DNA of 63,070 nucleotides, filler included, from Asterionella formosa (lineage: Eukaryota): assembly GCA_002256025.1 (NCBI GenBank). It is 12 parts of 12 records of this genome, joined end to end, with 100 filler letters (N's around TTAATTAATTAA, not from the genome) between each part and the next. Parts side by side here need not be neighbours in the genome. Positions count along the whole stretch, not along the records: positions 45,672 to 63,070 come from NKIB01004455.1; 11 more parts are not named here. The stretch is one strand, 5' to 3'. The notes below the pieces were generated by a model, which had not been told where the DNA came from, ran no database searches, and was given only the letters and a program-made list of their open reading frames with translations. This document shows positions 50,981-63,070 of this stretch, in pieces (position 1 is the first letter of the stretch; every line of letters begins with the position of its first letter). The translations under genes and the position numbers were made by a program.

Positions 50981-53900
50981 ATGAGTGAAGCGCAGCCGAA
51001 TAGGAATGGTTCCATGGTGCCCAAAGACCTAGTACGTCGGAAGAAACAATTAAAGTATCAAAAGCATGGTTCCAATCGCGGAGGGAAACCCACAGCACCG
51101 CAGGAATCACAGCAGCAAGTCGACGTTGCTACAAAAGACGAAATTTCAACCTTGAACCAACAACAAACACAACAATCCCTATCTGAACGAAAGACGCGCA
51201 TCAAACGAAGACAACAACGAGCGGGTGGCTACAAAGAAGGTCTCGTGAAGAAATTATCAACAAAATTGAATCATCAAGTTAGAGAATCCAAGGATCTGGA
51301 CCCTGCCCCTCCGACTGCTGTGGAGGACGACGACGACGACGAGCCACCACCCGGCCCACCACTGGAACCCCCACCTGAATTTTCAGATGACGAATATCAA
51401 CACTTTGACATCCATCGATCGAAAGATGTTGATGTAGTTTCTTCCGATGAAGATGGTAATGATGAATACTATTACGGCGCCAATCAAATTTACGACGACG
51501 AAGGGAGCGATATCGAAGAGTATGATCCCTACAGTTCAAACGACATGTATGTCTCGGCGACGCTTCCCCATAAAACTGCCCTTGCGAATACTTCGACTGA
51601 ATCGTTGCAGGTCGACGACAATCATGTTGATAGTCATGTTGTCGAACTTTTGTACCAACGTGAAGAAGCCGACGAGAGTACGAGTGAGGTTTTCGAACAA
51701 GCGCTGACGACTGGGTGGGATACCAGAAATGTGTTGGACGATCCACCGCAACCAGCAAAGGTTGACGATGCATGGGACAACAATGTCAGGGCTTCCTATG
51801 TAGACTACGAAGAAAATAAATCCAACGACGAAATGACCAACAGTGCCACAGACGGCTGGGACACCACAAAGGTCATAGTCTTTGGTCATGCTAGGGAGAC
51901 TACCAGCAAACAAGACGGGGCAGCCGATTTTTTTGACACTTCTTCTACTGTCACATCAGAAGTGGCCTTTTCTGAGGTAAGCTTGTCTCGAGTTGAACAA
52001 ATGGTGCTAGATGAAGTGAAACAACGACGAAAGCTGGACCCGCCAGCTCTGTTTGCCCATGAGGCAATCACCGAGGATGTTGTTTTGATGAAAAGTGTAT
52101 CCTTGGAAGCATATTCTGCCCTAGTTTCGGAGGTGAGCTTTCTCGGTGTAGAACAAAACTTTGTGAACGGAAAAGCCAGTACTTTGACGGATCACGTGAA
52201 AGAACTACCCCCTCCAAGCATATACGAATCGTTGTTAGCCCAAGAGGAAACCAGAAGTGATATTGTGTTCGACGACGCGGTTGATAAAGTGCATGACAAT
52301 AAAGATTCGATTTCTCAAAAAGATCGCATCGACAATTATTTGAAAACAAACGAAGACTACATGAGTTCTGATGATGAGAATGCTCTGAGACAACAAGGTG
52401 TGGAAAGCGAGGAGGAGGAAGCAGATGACGACAACGTGGATGTGCAATATGTACTGCATGACGCAAATTCAAATGAGCAAGAGTTGAACGAAGCTCCTAC
52501 TGTTGTTTTGAAACAAGAGGAGGACACTGGGTTGTATGCGTATACTTCGTTTGAACCAGCAACTCTGGCTGCTGTTGCCGCTGGTGAAAGCACTCTTGAC
52601 GAAGGAATCGAAGTAGTACATTCTCCCGCTGAAGTTTACTCTTCTCGTCCCAAGGTGGAAATGGAGAATTTGGACATGCTTAATATAAGCGAGGATCATT
52701 CCATGTTTGAGTTTTCATTGGAGTCGTCTGTTTGGGGGGACAGCTTGTTGGCTGGTAGCAGCTTGGCTGGATCAAGTATCTTGTCTCGCAAGACGGCGAA
52801 GTCACCTTCCCAACAGGAAGGTGGTAGTGGAAAGAAGACACTTCCGCTGATCAAACCTCCACCGGAAGAAAAATTGAAAAAATGGGAACAGCAGAAACTG
52901 CGGCCTTTCAAGCACCTGGAAGCCATGAAGAAAGAGTCGAATGGCGTGCCCCTTGTAGACGACACGATTTATCCGGTCCGAGTCAAGCTCGGTTTGGATG
53001 ACAAAGACTCGGCCGTGTACGCTAAAATGACAGTTGGTGCAATCACAGAACGCCAATCTGGGTCTGTGAACAAGAACAGTGCAAAGGCTAAGTGGAAAGT
53101 GTCACGAAGGGAGACTGATGCACACCTTTCTGAATCAAATTACCAATCGGAACCAGAAGGGATTGATCCACTCTCGATTGCATCTACTGAAACACCAATC
53201 GAAACCGTTGGATTAATCGAAAGAATTTCAGATTCAATTTCTGGTTTCCTTGAGGGATCTCCTGAATTTCTGCGTGACCCACTACGCGATAGGCCATCGT
53301 CAAGCCAACAGCAACAAGAATTTTCATTGAGTGGTAGTGCTAAATTGGACGAAGTAACAGATGTGAATGGCAAGAGTGCCTCATCGGCTTTACCATCGTT
53401 TGCATTGAGCGAGGCGAAGTTCAGCTCACCGCTCTTGACGAATCCAGACACTGTAAATAATTCCAAAATTGCAGCTCAGACCGCTGTGTTGAGTTCTCAA
53501 GCTATGCGCACATTTGAGGAACGATTTATGATGGAAAAAGCAGCCATTTCTGCAAAAGATAAAGAAATTGCAGAGAGTGTGCCAATTAAGGTCGTTTCTG
53601 ACAGCGATGGCATGGCAGCCGGATCGACTTCATTCTTCTCATGTGGCGCTGGCGCAAATTTTCTCGATGTCTCAGGCTTCGACAATCCAATTGAAACTGT
53701 TCCGGACAACGAGCTCTTTGGCCATATATCATCAACGACGAGCAAATTTTTTCCCGGAAGGAAGGTTGTGGCTGGTGTCAATTTCGCAGATTATCCTGTG
53801 GGAGACAAATCTCACAATACTGGAGTTGATCTTATTGGTGGCGCATTTAGTCCATGGAAAAATGCATCCTACGCACAGACAGCTCAGTCAACACGGGTAG

Positions 53901-56215
53901 ACTCGATGATCGACGAGGATGTTGACAGCAAAGCTGTTAAAGCAGCAGCCATCGCAACCGGCTCCACGGTCGAGGATGCCCACTCTTTATGCGAAAGTGA
54001 TTTGATACTGTGGCTGCAGCAGGATGTTTTTGAAATATCAGGAAAGGAATCGCATGTTATTCCAGAGGAAGAACCCACGCTCGAGAGCATTCTCCGAGAG
54101 AAGGGCAAATTGGCCATTCTCTGCGAATTTGTTGCTGAAAGGATCAACAAAACCATCAATTCAGGGATGAATACATATCATCGAAGTGAGTTGACAGTAC
54201 CAAACTCCGAACAGATGACAGTCTCAACGTTATCTCCCCCCGAAACATCCAGAGGCTCTGCGAGTGTGCTGGCTGCAAACTTTGTCAGTTTCCTACAACG
54301 CGTTTCCAAATTTACTGGAGTAATGTCCCCTTTCTCTGATGAAAACCCGTTCCTTCTCGACATTATTGGATCGTCTCTGATCTTGAAAGGGGAGACGGTA
54401 TGTTCTTCAGAGTTTCCCGTAACTATTCAAGATAAAGTCTTTAGTCATGAACAAGGAAAGCCTGTGCAAATTGTCAGCTTTTTTTACGTTGCTTCCGAAT
54501 CAGCACTCCAAATGCTTGGAAGTCAAAGTAAGGCAGTTGAAGTCAACACGCCAGCTACAAGGAATCGGTCGGTGGCATTTCCGGATGTTAATGAACCAAC
54601 GATAAAGCCAATGTCGCCACGACGATACCACACGGCTCCTGAAGTCAGCCCTGGCCCGTTCGAAACTACTTTCTGGAGTATGCCAAGTGTTGTTTTGATA
54701 TCGCTAGGCTTTCTTGGCGATCCTGTGGTAGTATGTCGTATGAAAATGGTTAATCAGTACTGCAGTCGAATAATTACTGAGAACGAGCACACAGTCATGA
54801 GGGATGCCGTTAGACTCGGAGGAATGAGTATGAATGTTCGCCCTGCGTTCTGGATGTGGATTACATTAGAGAAAGCCGTCAAAACCAAAATTCCCTCTGT
54901 TCGCCCACCATCTACACAAGACAACATCATTGATACAATTCATCATCCCCCCAGTGCCGGAATGTCTTTAAGCGAGTTGGAAAAATTGGGACGCTTAGGA
55001 AAGTGGCATCATGTTATCGGTCGTGATGTCGCTCGCGCCTTTGGCAACATGCCTCCTCATAAAACAGGAGCAAGATTTCGCGCCGACTCAATTGTTCGTG
55101 CTCTCATCACCTGGGGCCAAGGTCGCGTGATGAAGAGGGGGGTGAAAGGTGGTGGAGAAGAGGCACCAACTCCAGCATTAGATGGGCGACGCCAACGTGT
55201 ACGACCTCGTCAATCAATGGCTCCTCCACCATGGGAAGTTGGTGATAATAATTCTAAAAACAGCGACGAAAGCCAGGCACCAACTGAGACTGTAAGCGAC
55301 TGGGGCGGAGTGTCACCTGTCGGAAGTTTCTCAAGTTCTATTGGCGAAGACCATGCGCAAAAGATTGCGAGACAGAACAGTAATTTAGACAAATCAAACT
55401 CTCCTGAGCGAAGGAGACGTTCCAGAGCCGTTGAAGAGTTCGCACTGAGCGGGAATGCGTTGACAAGCGATATGAAGCAAGGCCTTCAGACCCAACTTGG
55501 TTTCATCCTACATGCACTGGCAGCAGCTCACCCGGATGTTGGATATTGCCAAGGAATGGACTATGTGGTTGCTCACTTGCTTCGTGTACTTCAAGATACT
55601 GTGCGATGGTGCGCAGTGAAAGGCACATTACCTTCTGTTATCAATGGCACTGAGAAGGTTCCCCACGTGAACGTTTTGGATTCGTCCCAGATTGACAATA
55701 AAACTGTTGATGATAGTTTGGTGGTCGAGGAGACTGTCTTTCGTGTGATGGATTGTTTCTTCACCTTATATAATCTTCGCCACATGTACTGGCCTGAGTT
55801 GCGATGTTTGAAGACATGTTGCCTTGTTTTTGAACGCTTGATTCAATTGAAGCTCCCGGTTCTGGCTGACCATTTTGAGCACCACGAACTCAATGTCGGT
55901 CTCTTCGCACTTGGTTGGTTCCAAACCCTTTTTCTATATCTCCCATCCATGCCCTCTGCAACAGTATGTCACATGTGGGATATTTGGCTGGTGGAACGAA
56001 GCTTCAAGATTTTCTTTCGTGTCGGTACTGCCATTTTGTTTTTGAGTCAGCCACTTCTCCTCAACCATGATATGGAAGGCATGATGACATATTTGAATAC
56101 GTTTCCTGATGCCACCCTTTTAAATCCTGACATTCTCATAGCTTGCGCCCTGCAAATTAAGGTAACAAATAAGATGTTGGTGGAAATTGAGAAGGAAGTG
56201 ACTGGTGGCATCTGA
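50981..56215 (+). CDS. Large TBC-domain Rab GTPase-activating protein (~1744 aa)
   Basis: R-finger VIGRDVAR, Q-finger GYCQGMDY, and C-terminal WFQTLF..HMWDIWL..IFFRVG. First ATG at 50981. Confidence 0.9.
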   Translation: MSEAQPNRNGSMVPKDLVRRKKQLKYQKHGSNRGGKPTAPQESQQQVDVATKDEISTLNQQQTQQSLSERKTRIKRRQQRAGGYKEGLVKKLSTKLNHQVRESKDLDPAPPTAVEDDDDDEPPPGPPLEPPPEFSDDEYQHFDIHRSKDVDVVSSDEDGNDEYYYGANQIYDDEGSDIEEYDPYSSNDMYVSATLPHKTALANTSTESLQVDDNHVDSHVVELLYQREEADESTSEVFEQALTTGWDTRNVLDDPPQPAKVDDAWDNNVRASYVDYEENKSNDEMTNSATDGWDTTKVIVFGHARETTSKQDGAADFFDTSSTVTSEVAFSEVSLSRVEQMVLDEVKQRRKLDPPALFAHEAITEDVVLMKSVSLEAYSALVSEVSFLGVEQNFVNGKASTLTDHVKELPPPSIYESLLAQEETRSDIVFDDAVDKVHDNKDSISQKDRIDNYLKTNEDYMSSDDENALRQQGVESEEEEADDDNVDVQYVLHDANSNEQELNEAPTVVLKQEEDTGLYAYTSFEPATLAAVAAGESTLDEGIEVVHSPAEVYSSRPKVEMENLDMLNISEDHSMFEFSLESSVWGDSLLAGSSLAGSSILSRKTAKSPSQQEGGSGKKTLPLIKPPPEEKLKKWEQQKLRPFKHLEAMKKESNGVPLVDDTIYPVRVKLGLDDKDSAVYAKMTVGAITERQSGSVNKNSAKAKWKVSRRETDAHLSESNYQSEPEGIDPLSIASTETPIETVGLIERISDSISGFLEGSPEFLRDPLRDRPSSSQQQQEFSLSGSAKLDEVTDVNGKSASSALPSFALSEAKFSSPLLTNPDTVNNSKIAAQTAVLSSQAMRTFEERFMMEKAAISAKDKEIAESVPIKVVSDSDGMAAGSTSFFSCGAGANFLDVSGFDNPIETVPDNELFGHISSTTSKFFPGRKVVAGVNFADYPVGDKSHNTGVDLIGGAFSPWKNASYAQTAQSTRVDSMIDEDVDSKAVKAAAIATGSTVEDAHSLCESDLILWLQQDVFEISGKESHVIPEEEPTLESILREKGKLAILCEFVAERINKTINSGMNTYHRSELTVPNSEQMTVSTLSPPETSRGSASVLAANFVSFLQRVSKFTGVMSPFSDENPFLLDIIGSSLILKGETVCSSEFPVTIQDKVFSHEQGKPVQIVSFFYVASESALQMLGSQSKAVEVNTPATRNRSVAFPDVNEPTIKPMSPRRYHTAPEVSPGPFETTFWSMPSVVLISLGFLGDPVVVCRMKMVNQYCSRIITENEHTVMRDAVRLGGMSMNVRPAFWMWITLEKAVKTKIPSVRPPSTQDNIIDTIHHPPSAGMSLSELEKLGRLGKWHHVIGRDVARAFGNMPPHKTGARFRADSIVRALITWGQGRVMKRGVKGGGEEAPTPALDGRRQRVRPRQSMAPPPWEVGDNNSKNSDESQAPTETVSDWGGVSPVGSFSSSIGEDHAQKIARQNSNLDKSNSPERRRRSRAVEEFALSGNALTSDMKQGLQTQLGFILHALAAAHPDVGYCQGMDYVVAHLLRVLQDTVRWCAVKGTLPSVINGTEKVPHVNVLDSSQIDNKTVDDSLVVEETVFRVMDCFFTLYNLRHMYWPELRCLKTCCLVFERLIQLKLPVLADHFEHHELNVGLFALGWFQTLFLYLPSMPSATVCHMWDIWLVERSFKIFFRVGTAILFLSQPLLLNHDMEGMMTYLNTFPDATLLNPDILIACALQIKVTNKMLVEIEKEVTGGI

Positions 56216-57853
56216 AAGTATGTTTCTTGATTTGCATGAATTTAACATGGAATAAGGGAGGAACATCTAATCTGCAATTTTGATTTGTTAACCTGCCTAA
56301 TTTTTAGATTTACCATGGTCCACATTAATTGGTTCTTTTTAATTAGCTGTTGTGGAACCCATCTAGCATTAATTTCAAACCTGAAACAGAAAAATCTACC
56401 ATTGAGTATGCCTATCCCTGGTAAAATGGATCAATTGCGTAATGGGAATGGACATGAGATTGAACTGGCCATAACACTTTTTACCCTACCCCTACACAGG
56501 GGAGTGACTGCCACCAACATCTGCACTGCCCCACCTTATATTGGACATGGCATGCAGAATGGACTGGTAATCATGAACTGTAAAACGATTGCTATATAAT
56601 GAATGATCAATCGACATTTTATTTGACTGTTAGATGTTTGACACTGGGAAAAATTATCCATGTTCCAACCAAGTCAGAAAATTGCTGGTGTTTGCATGGA
56701 ATACCCAACCACCTAGACAAACCATGAATTTTTGATAAGAATGTATTTTTAATTTAATGTAATAGCTTCAATTTTACAGCGCCTTAAAGCTACTCTATTG
56801 GAGATAGAGCAGCTTGTATGACACTTTGCTCCTAGCATGAACAGCCTGGGTTTAGAAAATTCTAACCCTCTTGATATCAACATAACATATTTATTGACTT
56901 CTGGGGCTCTCAAGCTGGCTGGGATCGCCTGTCAAGGTGTAAGTAAGTGCAGAGTGGTGCTGTGCGGTGCAGAAGGTGCTTGAGTGTTTCAATTCTTCAC
57001 ATTGTCATATGACCTGTGAAGAAAGTGTTAATCTTAGTTTGTGCTTTTTGTGGAAAAGGACTTGGTGGCCACCCTGTTGTTTTGGCTGATAGTTGCTGGT
57101 CCCATCTTAAAGCATTTTTTGTGCATTTATATCAAATGGTTTCGAAATCTTTGATGGAAGATGCATACTTTCATTTGCATGGATGTGTAGTGCTGTCTCC
57201 ACTGATAATCTGGTATTCTGTTGTGCCCGCTTTGCCGACATTGGAGCCAGTGTCATTATGTTTGCCATTTTCTTTCCTTTCAGGATAGAATTCAACTCTT
57301 GTTCTTTCTGTGGAAAGTTTATACCCTCACTCTGCTTGATGCTTAAATGCTGAGAGGTTGAAGATTAAAATTTCCTCATGTATGTATTAACGATGACATT
57401 AGAAACTTTTATATCTCAAGAAATATTGAGTTCACCATACCCCGGTAGTTATTATTGGATCTAGTAATACCCGAGAAGACAAGCTACAATAACCTTCGTA
57501 CTTGCTTCAACATAACCATGTAGTCGGACTAAAATAATTTGAGTTGTAAAAAACAGGAGGGTAAAATAAGGATGACTCTCAGTTTTTAGGTGGTACCTGA
57601 TACCCTGGAAACGTTTTCTCCCATACCGGTACTCAGATGTAGCTTTTGTCAACTCTTATTGGGCAATTTCTACTACTGTACCAGGTAGTCTACCAGTAGT
57701 ACAAATTACCGTACTGCTCTATACTTTTCTCCCGCGTGCACAAGTGTGAGGATTGAAGACAGGGCATTTGAATTCCCTTAAAGCGAGCCTCAATAAACGA
57801 GACAGAGTAAAGCACGGCAACGCAACGCCAGCAACTCCGAGGCTTCAGAGCAA

Positions 57854-58432
57854 ATGAGCGACGAACAACGCCTTGTCGACGCCTCGTCGCGGCGACGACC
57901 GAATATTCTCATTACGGGAACTCCTGGCGTCGGCAAAACAGCAACAGCTTCTCGTCTTGCCGAACGAGCTGGAATGCGACATATCCATGTTACGGAAGTC
58001 ATCAAACAGAACCAGTGCTTTGATGGTCGCGATGATGAATTAGACAGCTTCTTTCTAGATGAAGACAAGTTGCTAGATATCATGGAGACGATGATGGAGG
58101 CTGCTGCAGACGACGGAGCGGGAATTGTTGCAGACTATCATTCGGCGGAGCTCTTTCCCGAACGGTGGTTTGACTTGGTTCTGGTACTGCGGACATCGAC
58201 CGACGTTCTGTTCGATCGGCTAACAAAGAGAGGCTATTCCGAAAAGAAGCGAGCAGAAAATATGGAGTGCGAAATTATGCAGCTGCTCTTGGATGAAGCC
58301 AGAGAGGCCTATGCACCAGACATTGTCCATGAATGTCCGTCCAATACACTTGAGGATATCGAAACCAACGTGGATCGCGCCATAGCGTGGTGCGAGCACT
58401 GGGTTCTGGACAACGGAAAGGAGCAGTCATAG
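57854..58432 (+). CDS. AK6: Adenylate kinase 6 / Fap7 / CINAP
   Basis: PNILITGTPGVGKT, DYH..LFPERWFDLV, LFDRL..RGYSEKKRAENMECEI. Confidence 0.93.
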   Translation: MSDEQRLVDASSRRRPNILITGTPGVGKTATASRLAERAGMRHIHVTEVIKQNQCFDGRDDELDSFFLDEDKLLDIMETMMEAAADDGAGIVADYHSAELFPERWFDLVLVLRTSTDVLFDRLTKRGYSEKKRAENMECEIMQLLLDEAREAYAPDIVHECPSNTLEDIETNVDRAIAWCEHWVLDNGKEQS

Positions 58433-58556
58433 ACTAGGCTAAAACGAGCTAACCCCAACTGCTCTGCATTAGGTCACCATTACCATGCTGTTTACTAGTA
58501 GGATTAGTCACTCCGTATTTGCCATTAATATGCCAGCGCCGATTCCCTGTGCCTTT

Positions 58557-61514
58557 TTACTTCCAGTCCTGTATTAGGGGGAACCGTGCCCTCACAGCAG
58601 TTACCCATTTCGATCGAGCTTCGGCAGCGTCGTTCCCGAACGCAGACAAGGAATCCAGGGCCTCACGACAATGGGTCACAGTTACGCCGCGTCCAGAGAG
58701 ACCACCATCTACAATGAGATAGGAAGCATCGGAAACTGACAGTTTCTCGATCTTTACGAGAGCCTTGGCCATTTGTACTCGCATAGGCAAGGATGAGAGG
58801 GGATCACTCTTGACCTTCTCGAACGTGGCCAGGACATAACCGACGATATCTGATCCCTCGAACAATACTGGAACTTCGGTTTGAACCACGGCACGGGCTA
58901 CTTCACTGCTGATCCAAGAGTCTGAATTTAGGCCGAAATCAACCACGCGAGAAAAAACGTCCGAGCTTTCAGGTGCCAATGCCTTGGCCTTGAACAGAGC
59001 CTGAAGTGCCATGAGGCCCTTACCACGACGGCTCGCCACATCGTAATGCAACAACCACGTCCACAAACGGTGCGACGCATTTTTGGATAAAACGGAGGAA
59101 AATATTGTGGCTTCTTCCAGTGGATCCTTCTTAAAGAGAAAAATTCCCTCCGGATCATCGTCAGTGATTTCTTGCAACGCAGGCTTCTTCTTTTTGCCGC
59201 CATCGGCTGCAGAAGCATCAACTGACTCTGCTTCTTTCGTTTTCTTCTGTTCAGCGTCCTCCGTGGCCTTCTTTTTCTTCTTCCGTGCAAGCGCTTTGGC
59301 TTTCTTGCGGTCCGCAGCAGACATGCTGGCATAATCAGGTTCAGATTCTTCTGCCAAAATCGAGGGATTGTCGTATAGGTGGAGATAAATCTTGATAATT
59401 CCTTCGGCGGCTTCGCAGTAATAAGGTTGACCCAACAAATTATCCTCCCAAAGTAAGACATTGCTGTATGCGCGAAGGGTAACTTTTCGAATACAGTACG
59501 AATGAAAGTCAAATTGGTCCTCATGAAAGTCGTCAAAGTGCTTCACAACGGCATCTGGTGTTGGCAGAGGATTCAAGTGTGTTAGGTTGCACACATTGCA
59601 GAGACAATGGACTCGAGAGGAGCAATTCTAGTTTACTCACGATATTTCTTCAAACTCATACCCCACTTTTCCTTTTTTGCCAGACACGCAGCGAGCTCGA
59701 GCTCATACCAACTGCATTGCATCAGAAATAAATTATGTTCGGGGTTGCCTTCGTGTTTTGTGAACAGTGAGATTCGCTCTAAAGCAGTATCTTCCATTCC
59801 AGCTTGCAGCATGTATTTGCAAGTCTGATTGTTAATGTACCGATCCTGTTTATCGAGATCTCGTCCCTTGTCCAAACAGTCCACAGCGGCACCCATGTCC
59901 CCGGCAGCCTTCAGTAGACTAGCTTTGAGTTCGTACACGTCCACAGCCGTTGGTGTGTGCTCCAGACATTTGTCCAGCAAATCAATTCCTTGCGAATATT
60001 CATTGGCAAGTTCATGCAACCCAGCCCGTAAATACCATGCCCATAGAATCGTCGATGGCGATTCCTCCGTCTCATCCTCCTTGGCAAACCTATCACACGA
60101 TTGCAAATTGAAAATATATCCATCGGCAAGGTCCACAAGCGTCACAAAGATAGGGTGCGATAGAACGTCCACACCATCCGTGACTCGAACCAGTCGCCCC
60201 TTGTGCTCGTGTAGCAGTAGCGAGCTGAGGTCCATACCCAGGGAAGGGACCCCCTTGCTGAGTCGCTTCCGGCAATATGCATCCACGGCGGTTTTGAAGG
60301 CTTCGCCTTCGAGTAATGTGAGAGGTATTCGGCTAATGGCTTGGCTCCGTACGAATCGGGACTGAAGGTCCCCTTGGTAGCATTCTAGCAGCCGACTCTT
60401 CTGCTCGGTCGTCAATGGGCTGGTAGTCGCCAACGTATCCATCCCCTTGCAATTCAAGGCCTCTCGGCACGTCGCGGCATCCATTTGTAATACCGCACAC
60501 ATGTACCCTGAGTGAACGACATAATCGTCCGTCACACCACGTTCAAATACAGACAAATACGATTGTTTCGCTTGGACAAACTGTCCCAACTGCAATTGAT
60601 GTTTTCCTTTGGCCATGAGCCATGCACCTCGATCCATGACCAAATTCTCAATACTAGCCAAATGATCCAATGCTTCTTGGTCGTTGTTGGGAATTTCTCC
60701 AATAACTTGATTCATAAACAAAGCCAATTCACTCGATTCAAATCCACGTTCCAGCTCTGACGCACCTGGCGACAAGGTACCCAGATAGGCATGAAGGACT
60801 TGCAGTGCATCGCGATGGTCTCCAACCAGATGTTTGGCCAAGGCAAAGGACAACCAATTGCCCTTGGCATTGGATTTCATGGCCAGTAATGTATTACGTG
60901 TCGTGACAAATCCATCCAAGTCTCGCATCTGCACCTGCAAGAGAGACAAATCGCGCAATATTTGTCCATTTTCAGGATCAATTTTGAGTGCCTGTTTGTA
61001 CGCCTTGATGGCTTCGTTGTAATTCCGTTCCGCTCTATGTAGTAACCCATAAACGTGCCAACAAACATGCGAGCTTTGCCCAGGAGATATATAGATATGT
61101 TTATGAATAAGCATTTAAGAAATGGTGGTGATTGTTTGTCAATATCACAGAACGAGGCAGTTGGTGCGCTGTGTTAGTTTTGTGTGTGTTGGATGAAAAT
61201 GAACTGAAGCATGTCGACGAGCAAGAAATGAACTACATCAACATGAACAGTAGCATGACGTACCGCATATCAAACATGAGACCTTGCTTCACAAGAGCAT
61301 GAGCTTCGTCGCGCTTGTTCATGTTGTTGAGAGTCAATCCCTTCATTGCCAATGTTTCCCCGTGGTTCGGAAACTTTTTGAGAATCATATCTGATTGCTT
61401 GATGGCCTTTTTGTATTGTTTGGTTTCATAATGCTTCACAACATTCTTAAAAAGGTCTGCTTCCTTCTTTGGAAGAGGACGACCTTGGCCAGCTTGTGGG
61501 TGGTTGTCTGCCAT
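58557..61514 (-). CDS. NAA15: NatA auxiliary subunit (N-alpha-acetyltransferase 15/16). Exons 61514-61264, 61073-59641, 59554-58557
   Basis: LPKKEADLFK..YETKQYKK, HGETLAMKGL, SHVCWHVYGLL, EDQFDFHSYCIRKVTLRAY. Introns 61074-61263 and 59555-59640 are in frame. Confidence 0.95.
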
Positions 61515-61807
61515 GGCTGACTATTGTGAATAATTGGTACTCCGTATGGTAGCGAACTGCTGCAATCTGGTATGCGGGTTATACCCGGTAGTTCACTCAA
61601 TAATTAATGCACACAACAGTCTTCAGCAGTACGAATCGGCTTGCCTTGTCAGTTCCTGCAAGCAAGCACGCTTAAATAACGTCGACCTATTCACTCCTTC
61701 TCTAATGTATGATAGCCAAAACAGCTAGCAGGAGCAGATCAATGATGTGAGGTCCAATACAACCAATCGACTTTTTGCCCACTCTTATCATGTGGTCACA
61801 ATCGATG

Positions 61808-62482
61808 TCGTACCGGTACCTGGTAGCTAGGAATCTATTTCTGTACTAGTATTATTATATCGTACACGGTGCACGAAATAGGTATGTATTGCCTCTCGTT
61901 TCTAAGACTGATCCAACACTCCTGGTACCATGGTACCAGCTACTGTCTCTGATCAATGTATATATACCGGAATATGTTTCATAATAACATCTGGAGTAAT
62001 TCATAACCATCCATCCACCTCCATCAAGTGGATACATACAGGTGGTACCTGGTACCAGTGTCACGAAATACATACCGGAATATGAGGCGTAGCATGCAAA
62101 ATCCTGCCTACAATGCATGCAGTGATGGTGCGTATATGCCAGGACCGTTAGGAGTATCGTGCTCCGTAACCAGGTACCAGGTACTGTACTGCTGTATTAC
62201 TTGTAAAATTCAACCCAGGTTGTATTTTTCTGTAGGCCTCAAGTATCGTTCTACTGCGGATGGTAAAATACCTTGACGGTATTTTTCCGTACTTGATCAC
62301 GAGAAAATACAGTATTGTACAACAAAGAAAAAATCAACCCGGTTGCATTGACGGTTGATTTTGTACTCCCTTTTTGGTTGAAAAATCAACTCTGATTAGT
62401 CGTAGAAAGTCCGGGATGTGCGTGATGATGCATAAAAATATGCAGATGAAGCAAGATGGTGGTACCTGGTACCAGGTACTCA
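61808..62482. repeat. Scattered palindromic GGTACC clusters upstream of NAA15
   Basis: GTACCGGTACCTGGTA (61811), CCTGGTACCATGGTACCAG (61921), GGTACCTGGTACCAG (62044), GGTACCTGGTACCAGGTAC (62461). Confidence 0.8.
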
Positions 62483-63070
62483 GCTTACCGGCAAGTTGCG
62501 GTAATTTTGCTAAACGAGCAGTATCCAAACTTTAGTGCTACATACGTCATCGTGCTGGCAATAGTGATTCCAATTCCAAATTGATTCATGTGTATCTCTT
62601 TTGATTTTTCATTTAATAAACCACCTGACCACCTGGTTGTTTGGAATTGTCTGTAACTTTAATCTGATTTAGCCTACAATATTGAGACCTAGGATCTTTT
62701 TACTTATTCTGCCAGTTGGTACCATAGTAGCTAGGATTTGCTTAATGTTTGACCATTTTGATTAAAGTATCAATTTCCCTTGATGTGTGATGTCATCATT
62801 TCAACCCAAATGCCATCACAGCCGCATACCAACATAAAACTGTAGTTAATGATGATACAACATACCGGTAAACATAAGGTGAAGTAAGCAATGTATTGCC
62901 CATGAAACATGCAATATATCATACACCTTTTGATGGATTCATGTACAGGGTACCTGAGGTAGCCCACATAGGCACTAGAATGTAATTATTTAGCTTAGAT
63001 TATGCTTTTTCTATATTTAATACACTACAGTGTAGTCATTCTGAATGGCTGGAGAGCGAATATTGCATAA

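Noticed and set aside
56400..56720. Possible copia RNase H tail (IIHVPTKSEIAG)
   Set aside because: A single weak motif in heavily decayed sequence.

Overview
Eukaryotic nuclear DNA, most likely a diatom. The evidence is short GT-AG introns, bipartite signal peptides ending in 'AF/AW', and CoDi-type Ty1/copia relics. Ten complete genes and one truncated gene were supported: a hypothetical protein, CBP/p300 HAT, a plastid RRM protein, AP-3 delta, a three-repeat protein of unknown family, a CRTISO-like oxidoreductase, a plastid hypothetical protein, AMPK/SNF1 alpha, a TBC Rab-GAP, AK6 and NAA15, plus an N-terminal Exo70-like fragment. Gene islands alternate with CpG-poor, TE-derived tracts containing copia, LINE, Tc1/mariner-like relics, MITE-like elements and minisatellites. 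Positions ~34924-45671 are a chain of small contigs joined by artificial N-TTAATTAATTAA-N spacers, so adjacency there is unreliable. The most intriguing signals are (1) a gene built from three copies of an unrecognised ~200-aa domain, each closed by a phase-0 intron at the same position, and (2) recurrent palindromic TACC(W)GGTA/GGTACC clusters upstream of most genes, often at gene/TE boundaries. All calls were made by eye from the sequence; no database searches were run.
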